A stretch of 64,000 bases of DNA from a virus. Each line of letters opens with the position of its first letter. Within the stretch, counting starts at the first letter, position 1. Shown one piece after another: positions 56,648 through 64,000 of this stretch. The notes beneath the pieces were generated by a model. It searched no databases. It saw only the letters and a list, made by a program, of their open reading frames with translations, and was not told where the DNA came from. Where the stretch lies: positions 1 to 64,000 of the IMG/VR virus record IMGVR_UViG_3300002143_000153; one strand, written 5' to 3'. The translations under genes and the position numbers were made by a program.

Positions 56648-56942
56648 CTTTTACAAATTGACCGGCTACCATTTTACCAGTTCTTTTACTAATCACATTG
56701 TATGCTGATTCTAAGCATTCTTCAAGACTTAGTCCTTGCATCTTAGCTTGAATAATCAAGGTAACCATAATGTCACCCATAGCATCAATGATCTCAGGAA
56801 CATCATTTTTATTTACTGCTGTACAGAACTCTGTACATTCTTCTAATGTTTTTAGTGCTTGAGCCATTGGTGTAGCTTTCTCTAAAATACCTTTTTCTTC
56901 CGCCCATGTTTCTACTGCGCATTCTAATTCAAAATAATCCAT
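56640..56942 (-). CDS. mazG: MazG-like nucleotide pyrophosphohydrolase
   Basis: KTLEECTE...DAMGDIMVTL...AYNVISKRTG. Confidence 0.8.
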   Translation of the reverse strand: MDYFELECAVETWAEEKGILEKATPMAQALKTLEECTEFCTAVNKNDVPEIIDAMGDIMVTLIIQAKMQGLSLEECLESAYNVISKRTGKMVAGQFVKDE

Positions 56943-56956
56943 TTGGTTTTAATTGT

Positions 56957-57616
56957 TTAATTGTTTGCTAATAAGTCTAATACTTCTATTAATGATTCAT
57001 GTCTATGGTTATCTTTTAAAATAACTTTGCTGACATATTTAGAGCCAACTATTTTTGCAACTTCATGAATTGCTGAATAATTTTTATCTTTTAAATCAAT
57101 TTGTTGGCTATCTCCACAAAGAATCATTATTGAATCTTTACCAAGTCTACCCAACACCATTGCTAGTTGAGATCTAGTTAAGTTTTGAAATTCATCTATA
57201 ATAACTACAGAATGATCAAAAGTTCTTCCTCTAAAATGTGCTAAAGACACTAATTCAATTGCTTCTTCTTTCTCCATTTTCTCTAATAAAGCAGGTTTAT
57301 TGTAAACCTTTCTCATATTAGATCTAATAGGTACAAGCCATGGTTCCATTTTTTCTTTTTCTGAACCAGGTAAAAAACCATTATCTTCTGTTGAGACTGT
57401 TGGTCTTGTGATAATAATTTTATTATACTGTCTCTTGAAAAATTGATCCAATGCAATTTGTACTGCAAGTAATGTTTTACCACTACCTGCATTACCCATT
57501 ACAAAATTAAATGGATGGTACAATATTGTGTCTTTAGCTAATTTTTGTTCTTCAGATAATTGAATTGTAAATCTGATGGCTCCCTTGGGAGATTCTTTTT
57601 CTTTGTTTTGTGCCAT
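56957..57616 (-). CDS. phoH: PhoH-like ATPase
   Basis: GNAGSGKT, RP..E..GFLPG, RGRTF, IIDEFQN, GD..Q.D and HR motifs. Confidence 0.92.
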   Translation of the reverse strand: MAQNKEKESPKGAIRFTIQLSEEQKLAKDTILYHPFNFVMGNAGSGKTLLAVQIALDQFFKRQYNKIIITRPTVSTEDNGFLPGSEKEKMEPWLVPIRSNMRKVYNKPALLEKMEKEEAIELVSLAHFRGRTFDHSVVIIDEFQNLTRSQLAMVLGRLGKDSIMILCGDSQQIDLKDKNYSAIHEVAKIVGSKYVSKVILKDNHRHESLIEVLDLLANN

Positions 57617-59614
57617 TTAAAATAAAGTTAGTTGATTACTAGGGGATTTTAATATGTTATCTATCTCTTGTTCTATAGCTTCAAGATAATATCCTTTGTT
57701 GATATTATAACTATCCCACTTAGGTTTAATTTCCATTTTATTGAAAACTGTTTGTAACCATTTTCCTGCTTCTAATTGAATTTCTCTTTTATCTGTTTTA
57801 TTTACTTTAATAATCTTAACTCCAGTTTTAGATATGTAATATCTATTAATTTTCTGAAGAGGTTCTTCCATGTATTCACCTTCTTTTATATAACGCGCAA
57901 CCTGTTTCCAATCACCTTTTGATTTACCACCAATACAATAATCTAATATATTTTTATTCTGCTCTAAATACTCAGTTGGCATAATATTATGTATAAAATA
58001 ATTGTATATTGCTTTTGGTATAATCAACTTAGATTTATTCTTATGCAATGCTAAGTTATAAAAGTCAAATCTACCCTTCATTTTTGCTGGAGCATAATAA
58101 AATTTATCATTAACCACTTTAAATTTATAATGAGGGTTCTTTTTCTTTATATCTCTATAATCTGTAATGTCAATTTGTTTGAAATCATTAAGACCAATAT
58201 AGTTATTTACATCACCAAGTACCAATTTTTGGTATTTATCATGTTCAAGCTCTAAATTGGTTAACTCTTCCCATTCTTTACAAATTTCCATATAAGCATC
58301 TACTGAGTCTTTAGGGATAATAGTTTCTAAACCGTCAGTATTTTGCATTAAAGCTTTAGCATTTGGAATTCTTTCCATAATCATCTCATATAACATTATC
58401 AAACTTAGTTGACCGTTAATTGTGATTCTCATAGTTAACTCAGGATCATAAAAGAAGCTATTTACATCGTTGCTAAGACCGAAAGTAGAATTAAGTATAA
58501 TCTTATATACATAGTTCATTGGATTGCTCTTAGGGATCTTCTTACGCTCTTCAAAGAACCATTCATATTGGTCACAGAATTCTTGTGCTGGAAAATGACC
58601 CGGGGCCCATTTATTTCTAATAACTAGATTAGGATAAAATGAAGTAACATCTGAAGACATAATAACGTATTCATCTGTTGATTTATATATCCCACCTATT
58701 GTTGCACCATGTACACCGCCTACACCAAAATCTGTTTTAACACCTTTATAAGTAACAGAATATTTAAATGCTCCTTTAAGATTATCTGGATTTAATTCAA
58801 CAGAGTTAAATCTATCCAGTAGTTGTTTAAATTCAGGCGATGTAAACTTTATGTACGGTAATATAATGTCCTTAAACTTAATAACATTTCTGTGAGTTCT
58901 CATTGTCTTGAGCACTCTTTTATTTATGTTTAGTTTTTTAGACATATAGTAAGCAAACAGTTCTTTACTTATACGTGGTTCTGAAGCACTATAAAGATTA
59001 ATATCATATTCATCAGTTAATTCTTTTCTGAGTTTTATAAGATCTTTTGATCTGTTAAAAATCTCTTTGGTTGACCTAACATCATTAATATTATAACCTA
59101 TTATAGTATCTATCTCCTGTAGAGTTTTAATTTCAGTTTCATGGTGAATTGGCATATCTAATATGTTATCCCAGTCCATGCTATATTGTATCCACTTTAA
59201 ACTTGAACGTTTAGCAGGGTTATCCCAATGATGCATTTTATATAGATCAATCTGACCTATAGACATTTTCCATTGAGGATAATCACTAAATTGTTTTGAA
59301 TCACTTTTTGATATGCATTTTGCAGCATATTCATATATGATAGCTGCTATTTCGCAGCCACCTAGATTTAACCAAGCAGCATGTTTCTCTATAATGTATT
59401 GTGTGATTTGACTGTCAAATGCCAAACCATTATATGAAATATGCCACTCTTTATTATCTGTATTTTGTTTTAAGAATTCTATAAACTCTACAAAATCATT
59501 TCTCAGGTCATGAACAACAAAGATTTTAATTTCCTTTGTTTTATAATCTTCAAATACCCCTGTGAAACAATTGGATAACGTTTCATAGTCGTGAACCCAG
59601 TGTTTTTTACTCAT
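57617..59614 (-). CDS. polB: Family B DNA polymerase with 3'-5' exonuclease
   Basis: Exonuclease motifs DYE, YN..FD, YN..D; polymerase motifs DVTSFYPN, KIILNSTFG, NTDG; likely start MSKKH at 59614. Confidence 0.9.
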   Translation of the reverse strand: MSKKHWVHDYETLSNCFTGVFEDYKTKEIKIFVVHDLRNDFVEFIEFLKQNTDNKEWHISYNGLAFDSQITQYIIEKHAAWLNLGGCEIAAIIYEYAAKCISKSDSKQFSDYPQWKMSIGQIDLYKMHHWDNPAKRSSLKWIQYSMDWDNILDMPIHHETEIKTLQEIDTIIGYNINDVRSTKEIFNRSKDLIKLRKELTDEYDINLYSASEPRISKELFAYYMSKKLNINKRVLKTMRTHRNVIKFKDIILPYIKFTSPEFKQLLDRFNSVELNPDNLKGAFKYSVTYKGVKTDFGVGGVHGATIGGIYKSTDEYVIMSSDVTSFYPNLVIRNKWAPGHFPAQEFCDQYEWFFEERKKIPKSNPMNYVYKIILNSTFGLSNDVNSFFYDPELTMRITINGQLSLIMLYEMIMERIPNAKALMQNTDGLETIIPKDSVDAYMEICKEWEELTNLELEHDKYQKLVLGDVNNYIGLNDFKQIDITDYRDIKKKNPHYKFKVVNDKFYYAPAKMKGRFDFYNLALHKNKSKLIIPKAIYNYFIHNIMPTEYLEQNKNILDYCIGGKSKGDWKQVARYIKEGEYMEEPLQKINRYYISKTGVKIIKVNKTDKREIQLEAGKWLQTVFNKMEIKPKWDSYNINKGYYLEAIEQEIDNILKSPSNQLTLF

Positions 59615-59639
59615 ATTTCTATTTTTATTTATTAGAGCC

Positions 59640-59663
59640 AAAAAAGCCCAAATCAATGGGCTT
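59640..59663 (-). terminator. Intrinsic terminator-like hairpin upstream of polB
   Basis: Minus strand AAGCCCA-TTGATT-TGGGCTT followed by TTTT. Confidence 0.6.
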
Positions 59664-59719
59664 CTTTATACCTGTCAATAAACTAAAGACCTGGAAGGAT
59701 CTTTAATCTCCGTGAGTAT

Positions 59720-60142
59720 TTACTGACCTGGCATTATTATACTAGACTTTTTGGTCTCTTTAACATCAACATTTAATAACTCTTTATAATTGAATGCCGT
59801 AGCATTAATTGCAAATAGTTCTATGAAAGTTTCAATATCAGCTTTATCACTGATATAAAATTCATTAAATGTTTCAAGCATTACTCTATGCTCTTTAACA
59901 GTCTTACCTGTTTGCATATTTGGTGCTTTTAATCTTTGTGGTTCACCGTTATCATCAAGACGTGGCATCATATGAAATGATTCCTTTTTATCTTTACTGA
60001 TTACAGCTAATATCCCGGAACTGGGATCAAACATTGCTTCTACATATGGGGAGTCACTGCTCACCGGAATTAAACTAAAAGATCTTGCATTTCTAAAAAC
60101 AGAATTTACAAGCATCATGTTGTTACCTAAATTATTTACCAT
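59720..60142 (-). CDS. Hypothetical protein
   Basis: 140-aa ORF; TATCTTTG box at 60160-60167 upstream. Confidence 0.7.
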   Translation of the reverse strand: MVNNLGNNMMLVNSVFRNARSFSLIPVSSDSPYVEAMFDPSSGILAVISKDKKESFHMMPRLDDNGEPQRLKAPNMQTGKTVKEHRVMLETFNEFYISDKADIETFIELFAINATAFNYKELLNVDVKETKKSSIIMPGQ

Positions 60143-60147
60143 TGGTT

Positions 60148-60732
60148 TTAAATTTTGTCCAAAGATATAGAAATATTTTTAAAGATTTCTAATTCTTCAG
60201 GTATTTTGTTAAAAAGTGTTTCTTTTTTAAGATCTGGGGATGAACACAACTCCCATACAGTCTCTATAATATTTAGTTCTACATCTAAAGCTTCAGCATA
60301 TTCTTCATGATAAGCTTTAGGATCTAGAAAACTTTTGACATAACTAGCTATATTTCCTACTGAGCCAAAGAAGTTTAAAATTATTATTTTTGTATCTTTT
60401 TTAAATTTAGAATACTCCCCTTTTACAAAAGATTTATGATCATGTCTAAATGAATTATAATCAAATATGTAAATATGAGTATTATCATCTAATTTAAGAT
60501 ATGTTTCAAGTAAAGGATGAAATTTAAGATGTTTATTTTGAAAATCTATAAATTTCTTATCTGTTTTTTTAGCAGTATACAAACACAAAAATTTTAAATC
60601 AGAAGAATGATATAGTTTGTCCCAAGCAATATAAGTTTGCTCAGGGACATAATCTATACCTTTTTGTAAGTTTAAAAGTGGGTATAAAAATACCTTACTT
60701 TTTTGAAAATATTGTGCATAAACACCTGTCAT
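60148..60732 (-). CDS. Hypothetical protein
   Basis: 194-aa ORF in the replication operon. Confidence 0.7.
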   Translation of the reverse strand: MTGVYAQYFQKSKVFLYPLLNLQKGIDYVPEQTYIAWDKLYHSSDLKFLCLYTAKKTDKKFIDFQNKHLKFHPLLETYLKLDDNTHIYIFDYNSFRHDHKSFVKGEYSKFKKDTKIIILNFFGSVGNIASYVKSFLDPKAYHEEYAEALDVELNIIETVWELCSSPDLKKETLFNKIPEELEIFKNISISLDKI

Positions 60733-60733
60733 A

Positions 60734-61738
60734 CTACAAGATAACTTTTTCTATAAGAAACTCATAGGGTAAAGAATAATCTTTTTTTATATAATGGTAT
60801 TCAGCCACTTTTAAAACATCTGATAAAGCATTTGTCCACATTGCTATTGATTCTGCTGATACATCAAACACATAAACTTGTTTGTAGTTATCAATTACAA
60901 CAAATTTATAAATAATTTCATATTCTTGTTGTGTTTTGTCCAGATTTTCAAAAACTAATTTGCAATATATTGCAGCTTGTAACCAATACTTATAAAAATT
61001 AACTGTTTCTTTAAACTCAGCTATACTTTTACTAGTTGTTTTAAGGTCACAAATTGTAACTAATTGTTTCTCTTCATCAACTTTGTAAAAATCCAATATA
61101 CCCTTTAAACCAAAAGGTTTATCTTTCAAATTACAATCTAATGGTTTCTCTGCATGTATAGACACAGGATCCAAAACAAAATCAGTTTGCTTACCAGAAA
61201 ATAATTCCATTACATCTGGATTGACTTTAATTATTTCAACATATGTTTTACATTTTTCATATGTGTCATTATCAATAATATCAATTGATGAATTGTTTAA
61301 GAAATTCCAATACTCTTTAGCATCATCTGTTTGAACTTTTTCAAGTCTAGCAGAATCTAGTTTTAAAGATTGAAATAGATTTTCCTCTTTTAAAGCTTCT
61401 AACATTAGATTGGTCCATTCCGGTACATCTGACATAAAATCATAATCTATACTATTTACTTTACAAAAATCTTTAAACTTACGCAAAACTTTAATAATAC
61501 CATCAGATGGTGTTTTACCTGGCACCAGATTAAACTTTTTTGAAAAGTTCTCAGGTTCAAATAATAAACAGTGCACTACAGAACCTTCAATTAAATACTT
61601 TTCAGTTTTAATTTCTCTATCTTTTAAAATATAATCCTTATAGAATAAGGACGGTGAAAATAATAACTTGTTTAGTGATGAATAACTAAACTTGAATTCT
61701 TTACTGTAGAATTCTTCTTCTTTTTGATAATCTCTCAT
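60734..61738 (-). CDS. PD-(D/E)xK exonuclease (RecE/DUF3799-like)
   Basis: SYSSL, GS.VH..L.EP, E..KG.LD, DLKTT and Y.LQAA.Y motifs. Confidence 0.8.
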   Translation of the reverse strand: MRDYQKEEEFYSKEFKFSYSSLNKLLFSPSLFYKDYILKDREIKTEKYLIEGSVVHCLLFEPENFSKKFNLVPGKTPSDGIIKVLRKFKDFCKVNSIDYDFMSDVPEWTNLMLEALKEENLFQSLKLDSARLEKVQTDDAKEYWNFLNNSSIDIIDNDTYEKCKTYVEIIKVNPDVMELFSGKQTDFVLDPVSIHAEKPLDCNLKDKPFGLKGILDFYKVDEEKQLVTICDLKTTSKSIAEFKETVNFYKYWLQAAIYCKLVFENLDKTQQEYEIIYKFVVIDNYKQVYVFDVSAESIAMWTNALSDVLKVAEYHYIKKDYSLPYEFLIEKVIL

Positions 61739-61761
61739 TTTTTTATTTTATTAATAAGGAA

Positions 61762-61794
61762 GGGAAATCCCTAATGTAACACTAAGAATTTCCC
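61762..61794 (-). other. 15-bp RNA hairpin (terminator or processing site)
   Basis: GGGAAATTCTTAGTG-TTA-CATTAGGGATTTCCC pairs fully only on the minus strand, via three G-U pairs. Confidence 0.55.
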
Positions 61795-61814
61795 ACAATT
61801 ATGGCTAATTGTCC

Positions 61815-62948
61815 TTAAAAGCTTACAAATTCCTCTCTGGGAGAAATCAAAAATAGTTTATTTTTATTTAAAGCATCAATATAATCAGGATTAATTTGAA
61901 GGGCATTAATATCAATTTTAAAAACACTTTCATCTGTTAAATTCATTGTCTTTTTTACTACATTATGAAATGCATAACGCGCAGTTTCTTTAAAAGCAAA
62001 TTCTGTTAATTGATTATTTTTAATTAACATCTTTAAATACTTGTCATAGAAAAAACCAGCACTAGTATTATTATAAGGAACAAAATCTGATAAAGAGGAT
62101 CTTAAGGTTTTAACATTAATATTATTCCAGTTAGAGGCAATTTTTAATTTATCATTCATGTAATAAAATAGCATACTTATAAAATCAAAAGATTCATTTA
62201 AATTACAATTTGCCATTAATTCTAGAGTCAAACTTAGATTAGACGGATCATTAGATTTAATCATCTTTTTGCAATTCTCATATTCTTCTTTTGTCATTAC
62301 GTGTAAACCTTCATATATGATGTTATTTAAAGCATCATCATATATTAAATTTGTAGAATTAATAAGCTGATCTACAATTGGTTGGTTTGCTGGACTAATA
62401 TATCTATAACTACCAAATTTTACAGAATCCCTTAGTTGATCCATAAACAAATTAAGACTATTATAATGATGTCTATTTATTATACTTATATAATCTTCAT
62501 CATTAATATTATCAAGTATATTACAAAAATCTAAATAAGCATCATTATTAAAAGTAGCTTTGTTAATTTCAAGATATTTAACAACATCTTCTTTTGAGTA
62601 TAAATTATTCCATGAATAATCACTTAAACTTTTAATATAGTTTTGAGAAATAATTTGATAGTCTGCTTTTTTAATATCACGTGTAATTTTAATATTAAAA
62701 TTTTCTTTTAATAACTCCATTTTTTGTCTTGGTAAAGATAAATTAGGATGTCTATAAAATAGTTTGTCTTTAATATCATCAACTTTATCTTTTACATTTA
62801 AAATGCTAAAAGATACATCTTCAGAACCTGCTTTTGCATATGCAGAAGAATTCAAAAGGGTATGAGATTGTTCAAGAATTACTGTATTTATATATAATGT
62901 TGACTTAGGGTCAATAGTAATTTTTATATTATGAGCTAATTTTGTCAT
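61815..62948 (-). CDS. Hypothetical protein with BRCT-like N-terminal domain
   Basis: P.L.LPRQKMELLKENFNIKITRDIKKADYQI; paralogue of the next ORF. Confidence 0.55.
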   Translation of the reverse strand: MTKLAHNIKITIDPKSTLYINTVILEQSHTLLNSSAYAKAGSEDVSFSILNVKDKVDDIKDKLFYRHPNLSLPRQKMELLKENFNIKITRDIKKADYQIISQNYIKSLSDYSWNNLYSKEDVVKYLEINKATFNNDAYLDFCNILDNINDEDYISIINRHHYNSLNLFMDQLRDSVKFGSYRYISPANQPIVDQLINSTNLIYDDALNNIIYEGLHVMTKEEYENCKKMIKSNDPSNLSLTLELMANCNLNESFDFISMLFYYMNDKLKIASNWNNINVKTLRSSLSDFVPYNNTSAGFFYDKYLKMLIKNNQLTEFAFKETARYAFHNVVKKTMNLTDESVFKIDINALQINPDYIDALNKNKLFLISPREEFVSF

Positions 62949-64000
62949 TTGGTATTTGTTTTAAATATTTTCTATACTCTGGTTTTACCTCTACTTTAAA
63001 TACATATAGATCTCTATTGTGAATTTTTATTTCTTTTCTAACAATAACTTCTAGGTATCTAAAGTTTACAGAATTTAGTTCTTCACTTTTTTCTAAAGCA
63101 AGAATCATATCCTGTGCACTGTAGTTATATAATGTGTTAAATTTTGACATTTCTTTCCAGTAATGTATATCTTTGTTTCTATTAAACTTGTATATATGAC
63201 TTGAAATATTTTGTGCTAATTCCCACAATAAATGTTTATTATTGACATAATCAATAGTTGGTAATATCATAGCTGCTAAAGCTTGATCTTCTTCATTATA
63301 ACTTGTAACTTGTCTGATTAAATCTTTTAACAATTGTTGATTTAACACTTGTTTTGTAGCAGATTCATTAGCAACAATATTTACATCAATTACATCTAAT
63401 TCTCCAATAGCAATTTTATAAGCTATGTTTACAGCCATACCTGTTAAATACCAACCGTCATAAATATTAGTTGTATCATTAACTTGCCATGATGATAAAT
63501 TTGCTTTATTACAATTTTCATCATAAATCATGGAGTAACCTGTGGTATTACACCATTCATCTATTTCACTACCTCTAAAAGCACTTGTATTGGATTCTTT
63601 GAATGTTGTATAATTCCATAATTTACATATTAATTTATTAGATTTTATTTGATTACCATTGCTAAAACTATCCCTAAAGTCAGGGTGTGTTATTATAAAA
63701 TCAGCAGCTTCATAATCATTTGTTAATGTAATTTTATGCTCTTTACATGCTGCTTTTACTCTGTCAGCAGATATAGGTGATGATGGTAATAAGAAACCTT
63801 TCTTCTTTGTCTTAAATTGTACAGAATCTATGGTGTCTTTACCTAATATAATTTTAATATTGTCATACGTGATTTCAGAATCTGTAACCATAACTTTACT
63901 TATATCTTGGTTAGTAAGCACCCCATGTATAGGGGCGCTTTCTAAACCAAAATGTTTTAAAGCCAGAGGATCAAATTCTTGATAAACTGATTTACTTGCC
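62929..64000 (-). CDS. BRCT-like paralogue, start just outside the window
   Basis: The frame is open to the edge (ASKSVYQEFDP...GVLTNQD); RVKAACKEHKITLTNDYEAADFII. Confidence 0.55.
   Translation of the reverse strand, partial: ASKSVYQEFDPLALKHFGLESAPIHGVLTNQDISKVMVTDSEITYDNIKIILGKDTIDSVQFKTKKKGFLLPSSPISADRVKAACKEHKITLTNDYEAADFIITHPDFRDSFSNGNQIKSNKLICKLWNYTTFKESNTSAFRGSEIDEWCNTTGYSMIYDENCNKANLSSWQVNDTTNIYDGWYLTGMAVNIAYKIAIGELDVIDVNIVANESATKQVLNQQLLKDLIRQVTSYNEEDQALAAMILPTIDYVNNKHLLWELAQNISSHIYKFNRNKDIHYWKEMSKFNTLYNYSAQDMILALEKSEELNSVNFRYLEVIVRKEIKIHNRDLYVFKVEVKPEYRKYLKQIPNDKISS

Noticed and set aside
48301-59614. Inteins or group I introns in nrdA, nrdB or polB
   Set aside because: The genes are compact and uninterrupted; no splice-junction or homing-endonuclease motifs were seen.
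59615-59656. Track start of polB (MIWAFL...)
   Set aside because: The extension runs through a terminator-like hairpin; ATG at 59614 is more plausible.
1-64000. Stop-codon reassignment as in some crAss-like phages
   Set aside because: Very long ORFs tile the window under the standard code, with no fragmentation at TAG or TGA.

Overview
This is an AT-rich dsDNA bacteriophage genome segment with crAss-like (Crassvirales-type) architecture, most likely infecting Bacteroidota: there are TAnnTTTG promoter boxes and no Shine-Dalgarno motifs were evident. On the + strand, 1-46.5 kb is a late/virion module: FN3 proteins, a metallophosphoesterase, an IHF-like protein, two ring/tube-like proteins, a 2022-aa muzzle/tail-stabilisation protein, several cargo proteins, a 4987-aa virion RNA polymerase (DFDID motif plus zincin domain), an L,D-transpeptidase-like enzyme and a 1908-aa nuclease-bearing protein. 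The 46.5-55 kb stretch holds membrane/lysis-like genes, class Ia RNR (nrdB, nrdA), microproteins and a tail-fibre cluster. The - strand at 55-64 kb is a replication module (DUF932-like, MazG-like, PhoH, family-B DNA polymerase, PD-(D/E)xK exonuclease, BRCT-like paralogues). Three observations stand out. (1) A short (K/M/F/Y)-(A/Q/K/R)-x-G-(G) peptide motif punctuates the cargo proteins exactly at domain boundaries, is sometimes an exact DNA direct repeat around a module, and makes up most of an unannotated 51-aa ORF; this suggests a modular polyprotein/cassette system. (2) A ~270-bp non-coding array of different palindromes lies upstream of the DUF932 gene. (3) A captured cassette interrupts the RNAP gene tail. 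All family calls come from motif recognition by eye, not from database searches.
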